DNA of 47,854 nucleotides from Syntrophomonas sp. (GTDB lineage Bacteria > Bacillota > Syntrophomonadia > Syntrophomonadales > Syntrophomonadaceae): positions 1-47,854 of the forward strand of contig PWPP01000007.1 of the NCBI GenBank assembly GCA_003558625.1, given 5' to 3'. The first letter of the stretch is position 1; each line of letters begins with the position of its first letter. The notes beneath the pieces are model-generated. The model saw only the letters and a list, made by a program, of their open reading frames with translations. It had not been told where the DNA came from and did no database searches. Shown here piece after piece: positions 1 to 8,901 of this stretch. Both the position numbers and the translations under genes were made by a program.

Positions 1-508
1 GAATAATCAAGCATAAACGCGCCACGCATAAAATATGGCTTATGATGCCATTTATATAACCATATACACTGAAAATTAATATTATATTCAAACACAATGC
101 ATTTTATAAAAAGGCGAAAAACCTATTTTATAAGGTGCATTTTTTCATGGGGTCAGATTACACCCAAAAAAAGATTGTGAAGCATATCACTTAGTCGAAT
201 TATGCAGGTAAAACAACAAAGCATTCCGTAGCTAGAGAAAGGAATCACAAAATGGGTTATACTAAACACAGAAAAAGCGCGTTGTGAAGAAATGAAGGAG
301 GGAGGTTCATTTTTCTAGAAAAACGGTTAAACAGAGAACGGAAGTTTTTACTAGAAGTCAAAGTTTAAAAACAGCCTTGAGCGTGTAAGGACAAAACAGT
401 CTCGATAAAAAGAGTTGTTGAGGACCGGATGGTAATAAGAAATCATTAAGACGGAATATGTCGAAAGGTGTTGAGTAGGCAAAAATAATTAAGATTGGAG
501 GGATAAAG

Positions 509-1726
509 ATGATACCTTTTTATAAATTAGAAAGATACGAAGGTAACGAAACCCTTTTTGATTTGGTTATGATGTCAGTGGTGTCTTCCTATGCTGGTGA
601 ACCATTGCACATACATGCTGAAGGACTCCGGGGTACCGGCAAAACAACTATAATGAGAGCGTCTAAAGATATTTTGCCCCAAATCACCCGGATTAAAGAC
701 TGTGTTTATAATTGTGATCCTGATCATCCTCATTGCCCTCATCATAGAAATATGAACCAGGACCGGCTGGATGCAATAGGGACAGAAGAAATCAGTATGC
801 CATTTTTAGAAATATCTCATTCTGCAAAAATCGGCACCGTAGCCGGAAGTATAGACCTGGGTAAATTGACTGACACCAACAATCCAGAGGCGCAGCTGCT
901 ACCGGGACTTATTCCCCAGGCGCACCGGGGCATCCTGTTTATTGACGAAATAAACCGGTTAGCAGATACGTCGCCGGAGTTAACCGATATTTTATTAGAT
1001 GTTATGGGAAACAAACCCGGGCATATCCAGATCGAAGAAGCCGGCTTGCCGGTTATTGATATTCAGGTAAGTGTATCGGTGTGGGCCGCTTCCAACCCTG
1101 ATGAAGAACCGGGGCCCCTGGAAGATATCCGGCGGCAGCTTTCCGATCGTTTCGATATGGTGTGTTACATGGGCCGGCCTACTTCCGTGGATGTTTTAGC
1201 GCATATTCTGGAAGGAAATGCTTATCAGCATAAGATTAAACGGCAGAACAAAAAGGAAAAAAGAGTGGAAGATTATGCTGAGAACGAGGCGTTTCGTCAT
1301 AAAATTATAACCTGGGGAACTAGATATCAGGCCGAGGAGCTATCCGATTATCTGCGCAACTTTATTGCGCGGCTATATGTAAAGCATAACCTGGAAAGTA
1401 TCCGGGCTATTGAAGCCATGCAGCAGGGAGCTGTTTTACGCGGCATTATCAGGAACCGGGAGAAAACATTGATTAATGATGTGACCGATCTCATACCACT
1501 GGTTCTTAAACACCGGGTTGATGGTGATACATTAGTGAAGATGATCAATGATATTGATAAAAAAGGTGCTCGCGACAGCATCCTTAGCTTTAAAGGGAAA
1601 AACGCTAAGAACAAGTCCAGAGAGGCTGAGGAAGAAGAATATTTCACTCATAATGCGAAACCATTGCGGGATATGCCTAGAGATCGATTGATAAACACTG
1701 AGAAAAGTCTTAATCCCGCAGATTAA
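509..1726 (+). CDS. AAA+ ATPase, Mg-chelatase subunit I (ChlI/BchI)-like
   Basis: 405-aa ORF. Walker A is GLRGTGKTT and Walker B is GILFIDEINR. The downstream segment SNPDEEPG...RRQLSDRFD is colinear with BchI as I remember it. There is a Cys/His-rich insert, CVYNCDPDHPHCPHH. A GGAGGG RBS lies about 7 nt before the ATG. Confidence 0.8.
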   Translation: MIPFYKLERYEGNETLFDLVMMSVVSSYAGEPLHIHAEGLRGTGKTTIMRASKDILPQITRIKDCVYNCDPDHPHCPHHRNMNQDRLDAIGTEEISMPFLEISHSAKIGTVAGSIDLGKLTDTNNPEAQLLPGLIPQAHRGILFIDEINRLADTSPELTDILLDVMGNKPGHIQIEEAGLPVIDIQVSVSVWAASNPDEEPGPLEDIRRQLSDRFDMVCYMGRPTSVDVLAHILEGNAYQHKIKRQNKKEKRVEDYAENEAFRHKIITWGTRYQAEELSDYLRNFIARLYVKHNLESIRAIEAMQQGAVLRGIIRNREKTLINDVTDLIPLVLKHRVDGDTLVKMINDIDKKGARDSILSFKGKNAKNKSREAEEEEYFTHNAKPLRDMPRDRLINTEKSLNPAD

Positions 1727-1746
1727 TAGAAGGGAGGCGTGGCCTT

Positions 1747-3513
1747 ATGATCAGCAGGCAGAGTAACATTGATAAGGCAGCGTCGGTAGGCAATTATCTT
1801 AATTTATATTTTTCACAAAACCAGGGTGTGCGGCTGGGGGAAAGCACCGTCGCCAGCCGTAAAGCCCATAGTAAAATGCCCGAGAAAAGGATTAAAGGGC
1901 AGATTAAGATTCTCATTAACAAAGACGCAGGCAAGACCTATCTGGATTTTGTCGATGAGGACCAGGTAGTACATGTAGATGTATACCATAAACCGGGAAG
2001 TATTGATCCAATAAAAGCTGCCAAAGCAATTTTTGCGGCTATTGAGCTGTATTTTCTGGAAAAAGAACCACGATTGGAATATGCCGAAGATGAGCGTTTT
2101 AAAATCGTAACCGACTTTGCCCATAAAATCTTTATCTCTACCAACCAGGGCAAAGGGACTCTATTAGAGCTGTTTCAGAACACCGTAAATCATTTTACGG
2201 CTGGAGATGAAGGGAAAGACCATATCCATGTTTTATTGCGGCTAAAACGAGAAGACTATTTTATCGTTTATATTGTGGCTGAAGCCCTGGAAGCAGTCAT
2301 CTTAGATGCCGGGTTAGAGCTGGCCAAGGTTCGCAATGTAATTCATGATAAGCAGAAACAGCAGGAAGAACAGTTTGCCGGTTATATAAGCCTGCCCTGG
2401 AAAAAAATCAAAGGGCAGAGCACAGCGGTGTTGGCGGAAAAAGAAAATGTAAACCAGCTGGTAATGAAATTAGCGGAAAAGTTTGGTGGAGTAGATGAAA
2501 TCAATGAATTTTTACAAGCCTATTCCAGCAATATTCTAAAGCGAAAAGGCGTGGACCAACAAAAGAAAAAATGGGGCGATGTTGAACACTATGTGGACCA
2601 GTTAAAAGAACTGGGATTAATGAAAGATACCCTATTTGGCGTGGTGTTGACAAAACCGGGAGCGATACTAAAAGAATATACCATGAAACATAAACTGGAA
2701 TTAGAAACCCAGATCAGAAGAAATATGCGAAAAATGCCCGGGGGTGGGAGCAGCAGATTTCGCAAATTTGGGGAGAGTGAACAGAAAAGTGCTAAGATCG
2801 AGTTTCTTAATCGAAACAAAACCATAAACCAACCGCATAAAAACTGGTCCGGAGATTTAGCCGTTCCCCAAAGTGTCTTGCAGGCTAAAAAGAATTCCTT
2901 TTTAAGAGGAGAATCCCGCTTATCGATGAAAAAGGAAGATCTGCACTATTATGCGAAAAAAAGCTATGTACCCATTGACATCTGCCTGTTAATGGATGCC
3001 AGTGGTAGCATGGCCGGAGATAAACGCCAGGCCGCATGTTACCTGGCGGAACATATGTTGTTAAGCGGCAAGGAAAAAGTAGCCGTGGTCACATTTCAGG
3101 AAAGAAGCAGCCAGGTGGCAGTTCCTTTTACCCGGGACCAGCGGCTGCTGAAAAAAGGCCTTAACTCCATTAGTCCTGCCGGCTTGACCCCCCTGGCTGA
3201 TGGCATTATGACCGCGGTGAAGCATATCCGGGAAAGCAAAATAAGAAACCCTTTGTTGGTATTGATTACTGATGGTATTCCCAATACTTCTTTATGGACC
3301 AATGATGCACAAATGGATGCCCTAACTGCTGCCGAAAAAATCTTCGAGGACAATATCCGCGTTATATGTATCGGGGTAGAATCCAATGCGCTCTTCTTAG
3401 AGAAGCTTTCCCGGCAAGCCCGGGGAACACTATACCTGGTAGACGACTTAAACCGGGACAATCTGATCAATATTGTGCGGTATGAAAAGAAAACCATGCT
3501 CAAAGAAAAATAG
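1747..3513 (+). CDS. vWA-domain protein (BchD/ChlD C-terminal-like); the N-terminal ~400 aa are unassigned
   Basis: 588-aa ORF starting 20 nt after the ATPase gene. The C-terminal ~170 aa carry the MIDAS motif LLMDASGSMAGD, later TPLADG and LVLITDG, typical of von Willebrand A domains. I see no recognisable motif in the N-terminal part. Confidence 0.7.
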   Translation: MISRQSNIDKAASVGNYLNLYFSQNQGVRLGESTVASRKAHSKMPEKRIKGQIKILINKDAGKTYLDFVDEDQVVHVDVYHKPGSIDPIKAAKAIFAAIELYFLEKEPRLEYAEDERFKIVTDFAHKIFISTNQGKGTLLELFQNTVNHFTAGDEGKDHIHVLLRLKREDYFIVYIVAEALEAVILDAGLELAKVRNVIHDKQKQQEEQFAGYISLPWKKIKGQSTAVLAEKENVNQLVMKLAEKFGGVDEINEFLQAYSSNILKRKGVDQQKKKWGDVEHYVDQLKELGLMKDTLFGVVLTKPGAILKEYTMKHKLELETQIRRNMRKMPGGGSSRFRKFGESEQKSAKIEFLNRNKTINQPHKNWSGDLAVPQSVLQAKKNSFLRGESRLSMKKEDLHYYAKKSYVPIDICLLMDASGSMAGDKRQAACYLAEHMLLSGKEKVAVVTFQERSSQVAVPFTRDQRLLKKGLNSISPAGLTPLADGIMTAVKHIRESKIRNPLLVLITDGIPNTSLWTNDAQMDALTAAEKIFEDNIRVICIGVESNALFLEKLSRQARGTLYLVDDLNRDNLINIVRYEKKTMLKEK

Positions 3514-3549
3514 CCGGTGATACAAAAATACAACAAATTAATTTTTATA

Positions 3550-3579
3550 TTGACAATATTCTACAAGCTATTGTATTAT
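3550..3579 (+). promoter_or_regulatory. Candidate sigma-A-type promoter (TTGACA, 18 nt spacer, TATTAT)
   Basis: TTGACA at 3550-3555 and TATTAT at 3574-3579, with TG just upstream of the -10 hexamer. It lies in an AT-rich spacer, so a chance match is possible. Confidence 0.3.
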
Positions 3580-3641
3580 ACTAATAACAGTGTTTGTGTT
3601 AACATTCACTAATCAAATTGTCTTAATAACTCCTCCTTCGT

Positions 3642-3678
3642 AAAAGAGCGTCACCGACGCTCCTTTTTTTTTGTTTTT
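3642..3678 (+). terminator. Rho-independent terminator
   Basis: 7-bp GC-rich stem GAGCGTC/GACGCTC (3646-3652 / 3656-3662), followed by T9-G-T5. An A-run upstream can extend the stem. Confidence 0.65.
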
Positions 3679-4017
3679 CTGGAGGGCGTAGTGTGGAGGT
3701 TACCAGGGTTACCTTTAACTGCGCATTGCAATTTCCCCATAAATCCATCTTAAAACCGTAAACGAAGCCGGGCAGAAACACTGACCAAGGACAATAAAAC
3801 CCTTAGTAGATATGAAAAGGCCCCGCTATTTTTCTATGGTGCCCAGGAGCATATCCTTCACCCATGGCTTTGGTGCTTTTATGGATTCAACCATCTTATA
3901 GTGGCATATAGAGGTCAAAAATGATACAGTAATTTAGAAAGCTTTCCGTTATACATAAAAAAAACCGCAGGGCGGAGAAATAATGCACGGGAGATCCCGT
4001 TTGACAGGTTATGAATA

Positions 4018-4854
4018 ATGAGGTGTTTGGTTTTGGCAGATAACAGACCAATCGGTATTTTTGATTCAGGAGTGGGAGGATTAACACTGGTTAAGAGCCT
4101 CATGGAAACACTGCCTGACGAAAGATTCATTTATTTTGGGGATACAGCCCATGTCCCTTATGGCAATAAAACTGAAGCCCAGTTGTTTCAATATGCCCAT
4201 AAGATCATTGCCTTTTTGTTGGGGAAAAAGGTGAAAGCGATTGTCGCTGCCTGCGGAACCCATTCCAGCATAACCCTGCCCCGTCTGAAAGAAATGTATC
4301 CGCTGCCCATTATGGGAGTTGTACTACCGGGAGCTATAGCGGCCGCCAGAGTAACCCGAAAAGGAAATATTGGGGTCCTTGCCACCCAGGCTACGGTAAA
4401 CAGTCTTGCCTATAGCCATTGTCTGCATGACATCAATCCCGGCTTTAAGGTTATTGAAGTGGCTTGTCCCCGCTTTGTGCCCCTCATAGAAAACGGGGAT
4501 TTAACAGGTACAGAAATTCGCGGGGCGGTTGAAGAGTATCTGGCAACGATTATAGAGCACCAGGTAGATACCCTGATTTTAGGCTGCACTCATTATCCTT
4601 TTTTAGCCCCGTTGATCAAAGAGTATGCCGGATGTGAGATCCAGCTGGTAGATCCTGCCTATGAAACCGTAGCTGAATTAAAAGAATTGTTACAGCAAAT
4701 GGATTTATGCTACCAGGACAATCATGAGCATATAAATCTGGGGTGCAGGGAATTTTTTGTCAGCGGAAATGATGCTTCTTTTTATAATGTAGGTAAAAAT
4801 CTGGTAGGGGATATCTTGGGGGAAGTGAAAAAGGCAAGATGGGTTGAGGAATAA
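4018..4854 (+). CDS. murI: Glutamate racemase
   Basis: 278 aa. N-terminal IGIFDSGVGGLT and the second catalytic-Cys motif LILGCTHYPF are present. The first Cys motif is atypical, AACGTHSS instead of ACNTA. Confidence 0.85.
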   Translation: MRCLVLADNRPIGIFDSGVGGLTLVKSLMETLPDERFIYFGDTAHVPYGNKTEAQLFQYAHKIIAFLLGKKVKAIVAACGTHSSITLPRLKEMYPLPIMGVVLPGAIAAARVTRKGNIGVLATQATVNSLAYSHCLHDINPGFKVIEVACPRFVPLIENGDLTGTEIRGAVEEYLATIIEHQVDTLILGCTHYPFLAPLIKEYAGCEIQLVDPAYETVAELKELLQQMDLCYQDNHEHINLGCREFFVSGNDASFYNVGKNLVGDILGEVKKARWVEE

Positions 4855-4856
4855 CG

Positions 4857-5849
4857 ATGAAGAAAATTGGGTTTACCACCAGTATCCCCGTAGAAATCAT
4901 ATATGCTGCCGGACAAGTGCCGGTGGATTTAAACAACCTGTTTATTAATTCCTCCCGGGCCTTGTTCATGCTCGATCTGGCCGAGGAAGCAGGCTATCCC
5001 CGCAATACCTGCGGCTGGATAAAAGGACTATATACTGCCGCCCTGGAAACAGATATCCAGGGGGTCATCGCAGTTATGCAAGGAGACTGCAGCAACACCC
5101 AGGCCTTAATGGAAACTTTGCAGATGCAGGGCAGAGAGATTATCCCCTTTGCCTATCCTTATGATCGCGATCCCGAAATGCTTCGGCTTTATGTTGAAAA
5201 GCTCATGGCATATTTTTCCGTTAACTGGGACCAAGTACTGCAGGCAAAAAAGGATCTGGATCAGATCCGGCAGCACTGCCGGGAACTGGACCGGCTTACC
5301 TGGCAGGAGAACGTGGTCACAGGAGCAGAAAACCATTACTTTTTAGTTAGTTCCAGTGATTTTTTGGGTCAGCCCCAGACATACGAACAGGAAATCAAAG
5401 CTTGTATCCAAATGGCCCGGGAAAGAGAGCCCAACCTTGATGAAGTGCGCCTGGCCTATATGGGCGTGCCACCCATTTTTACCAATTTGTATGAAAGCAT
5501 AGAAGCCATGGGAGCCCGGATTGTGTACAATGAAGTGCAACACCAGTTTTCTATGCCCCATTCCTCAGATCATATACTGGATCAGTACCTGGCATATACT
5601 TATCCCTATGGGGCTTTTGCCCGCTTAAAGGATATCCTGCCAGAACTGGAAAAAAGGAATGTTGACGGCATTATTCATTATACCCAGACCTTTTGTTTCC
5701 GGCAAATTGAGGATATCATTTATCGTTCTCATATTAAAAAGCCCTTTCTCACCCTGGAGGGGGATAAACCCGGCAAAGTAGATGCCCGCACCCGCATGAG
5801 ACTGGAATCTTTTGTGAATATGCTTAAAATGAGAGGTAAGGGCAGGTGA
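4857..5849 (+). CDS. 2-hydroxyacyl-CoA dehydratase family protein (HgdB/BcrC/BadD-type, HGD-D domain), single subunit
   Basis: 330 aa. Starts 2 nt after the murI stop. Conserved Cys residues sit in NTCGW, GDCSNT and TFCFRQ contexts. The overall layout resembles the dehydratase/benzoyl-CoA reductase component family. Confidence 0.65.
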   Translation: MKKIGFTTSIPVEIIYAAGQVPVDLNNLFINSSRALFMLDLAEEAGYPRNTCGWIKGLYTAALETDIQGVIAVMQGDCSNTQALMETLQMQGREIIPFAYPYDRDPEMLRLYVEKLMAYFSVNWDQVLQAKKDLDQIRQHCRELDRLTWQENVVTGAENHYFLVSSSDFLGQPQTYEQEIKACIQMAREREPNLDEVRLAYMGVPPIFTNLYESIEAMGARIVYNEVQHQFSMPHSSDHILDQYLAYTYPYGAFARLKDILPELEKRNVDGIIHYTQTFCFRQIEDIIYRSHIKKPFLTLEGDKPGKVDARTRMRLESFVNMLKMRGKGR

Positions 5850-5853
5850 AAGT

Positions 5854-6612
5854 ATGCTGGGGATCGATTTGGGCTCCAGAACCGTTAAAATAGTATTAAT
5901 GAAAAACAGAGAAATAATGGCATGTTCTCTTTATGATACCATTCGTTTTTATCGCCAGTTTAGCCGCTCCAGCCGGGGTAAGTTGCAGCTTGATTTTAAC
6001 GGGTTGAACCTGGACCCGGAAACGGAAATGGTAGCTACGGGATACGGCAAAATAGCAGTAACGATAGCTGGGGCCCAAAAAATTCCTGAAATTCAGGCCC
6101 ATGCTTTTGGTGCGCTTTTCCAAAGCCGTTGTGAAAACTTTACCCTCCTGGATATTGGAGGGCAGGACACCAAGGTGATTCAGGTTCAAAAAGGTGATAT
6201 TGTGGATTTTGCCACCAATGACCGTTGTGCAGCCGGGTCAGGGCGTTATTTGGAAAATATGGCCTCGGTTTTAGAAATAAACTGGGAACAACTCTCCTCA
6301 TACGACCAAAACCCGGTGGAATTGAATGCCACATGTGCGATTTTTGGTGAAACCGAACTGATTGCCCGGATTGTCGAAGGCCACCCCACATCCCATTTGG
6401 CGGCCGGGGTTAATTATGCCGTTTTCAAGCGGGTTGCTCCCTTATTGAAAAAATTATACAGTGACACCATCATCTTATCGGGAGGCGGGGCGTTAAACCC
6501 GGCACTGGTCAGAATGATCCGGGAAGAGACCGGCTGTCAGGTACTGCCCATAAAAGAGCCTCGATTAAACGGAGCTATTGGCTGCTGTGTATGGGGACAG
6601 GGATGGAAATAA
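5854..6612 (+). CDS. BadF/BadG/BcrA/BcrD-type ATPase; activase of 2-hydroxyacyl-CoA dehydratase-like enzymes (HgdC-like)
   Basis: 252 aa. Actin-fold phosphate-1 motif LGIDLGSRTVKIV. The two cluster-ligand Cys contexts DRCAAGSGRYLE and ATCAIFGETE are present. Starts 4 nt after the upstream gene. Confidence 0.8.
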   Translation: MLGIDLGSRTVKIVLMKNREIMACSLYDTIRFYRQFSRSSRGKLQLDFNGLNLDPETEMVATGYGKIAVTIAGAQKIPEIQAHAFGALFQSRCENFTLLDIGGQDTKVIQVQKGDIVDFATNDRCAAGSGRYLENMASVLEINWEQLSSYDQNPVELNATCAIFGETELIARIVEGHPTSHLAAGVNYAVFKRVAPLLKKLYSDTIILSGGGALNPALVRMIREETGCQVLPIKEPRLNGAIGCCVWGQGWK

Positions 6613-6713
6613 TGGATCCCCAGGGCAATCTTTATCACCTGAGGTAGTTGTGAGAAACCATATCAGGAAAAACCCATGCCGGAGTTCAGGCAACGATTAT
6701 GGAGATCGGACTT

Positions 6714-7556
6714 ATGCGAGCTATTCATGTACAAGACATCTACAAAGCCATTGAACAGGCCTTACTGGACATCAATACCCGGCTGCCGCCGGATATTTTG
6801 GCGGCCGTTAAGCACGCCATAAAGAAAGAAAACACAGAGCGGGCCCGAAAGTTCTTGCAGATAATTGTTGAAAATGACGAACTGGCCCACCGGGAAAAAC
6901 TACCTTTATGCCAGGATACTGGCATGGTGATGGTGAACCTGGAAATCGGGCAGGAAGTTTCCCTGGTGGGAGGAGATCTGACTGCTGCTGTAAACCGGGG
7001 CATCAGGGAGGCCTATAAAAAAGGCTATTTTAGGCCTTCTATAGTTCATGATCCTATTGAGCGAATTAATACCGGGGATAATACTCCCGGTATAATCTAT
7101 GTTAATATTGTGCCGGGAAAACAGTTGCATATCGAAATTATGGTCAAGGGAGCAGGTAGTGAAAATATGAGCCAGGTACGTATGCTTCAACCGTCTGCAG
7201 GGCTTCCGGGAATAAAAACCTTTGTTATGGAAGTCATTAAAGAAGCAGGTGCTAATGCCTGTCCCCCCCTTGTTGTTGGAGTGGGCATAGGGGGGAATTT
7301 AGACAAAGCGGCTTTCTTGGCCAAAAAGGCCTTATTCAGAAGACTGGATCAACCCCACCTCCAGGTCGGTATGGCCCTCTTAGAACAAGAATTGTTGTGT
7401 CAAATAAATCAGTTGGGCATAGGTCCCCAGGGAATGGGAGGAGTAACGACTGCCCTGGGAGTAAATATCGAAACTTTTCCCACTCATATCGCATCTATGC
7501 CGGTGGCGGTGAATATCAGCTGTCATTTAAACCGCAGGACACGAATTACAATATAA
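6714..7556 (+). CDS. Class I (Fe-S) fumarate/tartrate hydratase, alpha subunit
   Basis: LPLCQDTGMVMV and GAGSENMS motifs. The ATG at 6714 (MRAIHV...) has GGAG 9 nt upstream. The track ORF begins at 6699, which is an alternative start. Confidence 0.85.
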   Translation: MRAIHVQDIYKAIEQALLDINTRLPPDILAAVKHAIKKENTERARKFLQIIVENDELAHREKLPLCQDTGMVMVNLEIGQEVSLVGGDLTAAVNRGIREAYKKGYFRPSIVHDPIERINTGDNTPGIIYVNIVPGKQLHIEIMVKGAGSENMSQVRMLQPSAGLPGIKTFVMEVIKEAGANACPPLVVGVGIGGNLDKAAFLAKKALFRRLDQPHLQVGMALLEQELLCQINQLGIGPQGMGGVTTALGVNIETFPTHIASMPVAVNISCHLNRRTRITI

Positions 7557-7570
7557 GGGAGTAAACCCGG

Positions 7571-8167
7571 ATGAAGATCCACAAAATAACCCTTCCCCTG
7601 GAAGATGAATGCCAACTGGCGGAGCTTGAGGCAGGAGACCAGGTGCTAATCAGCGGAACTATTTATGCCGCCCGGGATGCGGTGCATAAAAGAATTTTCC
7701 GGGCCCTGGAATTGGGAGAAAAAATCCCTATGGAACTTGCGGGGCAGGGAATATACTATGTGGGACCTTGCCCTGCTCCCCCGGGCAAGGTGATTGGTTC
7801 TGCCGGTCCTACCACCAGTGGAAGAATGGATCCTTATACCCCTCTATTAATAGAAAAAGGTCTGAAAATCATGGTAGGAAAAGGTGACCGCAATCAAATG
7901 GTAGTGGCGGCCATGAAAAGGCATGGTGCGGTTTACCTGGCTGCTCCGGGCGGGGCAGGGGCTTACTTGTCTCAATATATAAAAAAGGCAGAAATTATAG
8001 CCTATCCCGATTTAGGGCCCGAAGCTCTGGTGAAAATGGAAGTTGAAGCATTACCCTGCCTGGTGGCCATTGATACCCGGGGACATAATGTCTATCACCA
8101 ATATGATAAAAAGGGAACAGAAAAACTGGAGGTAAATGTATGGAACAGCGAAACAACCGCAGATTAA
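7571..8167 (+). CDS. Class I fumarate/tartrate hydratase, beta subunit
   Basis: 198 aa. GTIYAARDAVHKR, GPTTSGRMD and KGDR motifs are typical of the C-terminal domain or subunit. Confidence 0.85.
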   Translation: MKIHKITLPLEDECQLAELEAGDQVLISGTIYAARDAVHKRIFRALELGEKIPMELAGQGIYYVGPCPAPPGKVIGSAGPTTSGRMDPYTPLLIEKGLKIMVGKGDRNQMVVAAMKRHGAVYLAAPGGAGAYLSQYIKKAEIIAYPDLGPEALVKMEVEALPCLVAIDTRGHNVYHQYDKKGTEKLEVNVWNSETTAD

Positions 8168-8901
8168 TAGATCAGATACGGCCTACAGAGATTATACCCG
8201 GCTTCTTAAAAAATCCTGCCGGGTCGGCTCTGGTAAAAAATGGGGACACCCTGGTCTTATGTTCAGCCATGGTAGAAGAAAAAATACCGCCATTTTTAAA
8301 AGGCAGTGGGTCCGGGTGGGTTACTGCAGAATACTCTCTCCTGCCTGCTTCTACTGAGCCCCGTCACCACCGGGAAGTAAACCGGGGTAGGATTGGCGGC
8401 CGGACCTCTGAGATCCAGCGTTTGATCGGGCGGTCCCTGCGCGCTGCTGTTGACCTCAAAGCATTGGGGGAAAGAACGGTTTGGATAGATTGTGATGTCA
8501 TTCAGGCAGATGGCGGAACCAGAACTGCTTCCATCAATGGAGGGTTTATAGCTCTTTATCTGGCTTTAGCCAAATTACAGCAGCAGGGTCTGATAACTCA
8601 AATCCCGGTTAAGGATTATATAGCGGCTATCAGTGTGGGTAAAATCGGAGGACATATCTTATTAGATTTGGATTACCGTGAAGACGCCGCCGCAGATGTG
8701 GACATGAACATCGTGATGACCGGCGCGGGTGAATATGTCGAGATACAGGGAACAGCGGAAGGAAAAACCTACAGCCGGGAGGAATTGGCTCAACTGTTGG
8801 CCCTGGCGGAAAAAGGGATTCGGGATGTTATTTCAATTCAGAAATCCATCATAGGAGATTTAAACCATGGTGAAGAAAATTCTTCTGGCCACCAGAAATA
8901 A
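8140..8901 (+). CDS. rph: Ribonuclease PH
   Basis: 253 aa. RPTEIIPGFLKNPAGSALVKNGDTLVLCSA, GRTSEIQRLIGRSLR and DCDVIQADGGTRTASI match RNase PH along the full length. Confidence 0.95.
   Translation: MEQRNNRRLIDQIRPTEIIPGFLKNPAGSALVKNGDTLVLCSAMVEEKIPPFLKGSGSGWVTAEYSLLPASTEPRHHREVNRGRIGGRTSEIQRLIGRSLRAAVDLKALGERTVWIDCDVIQADGGTRTASINGGFIALYLALAKLQQQGLITQIPVKDYIAAISVGKIGGHILLDLDYREDAAADVDMNIVMTGAGEYVEIQGTAEGKTYSREELAQLLALAEKGIRDVISIQKSIIGDLNHGEENSSGHQK

Noticed and set aside
98-143. Direct repeats ATTTTATAA (101 and 125) and TGCATTTT (98 and 136), plus tiny ORFs (7-11 codons), in the 500-bp AT-rich region upstream of the ChlI-like gene. I considered operator sites or a leader peptide.
   Set aside because: The repeats are short and lie in very AT-rich DNA, so they are plausibly chance. 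I see no terminator or antiterminator structure and cannot assess conservation.
3690-4017. ~330-bp non-coding stretch before murI, including a GGTTACC direct repeat, a 29-codon ORF (3822-3911) and weak hairpins. I considered an ncRNA or a pseudogene.
   Set aside because: There is no convincing promoter/terminator pair, no long stems and no residual similarity to a known gene that I can see.
8136-8357. 73-aa ORF overlapping the rph start in another frame. Also the ORFs 25311..25550 and 25651..25866 around ireB and the AKR gene.
   Set aside because: These are alternative frames of well-supported genes or their leaders, with basic low-complexity translations.
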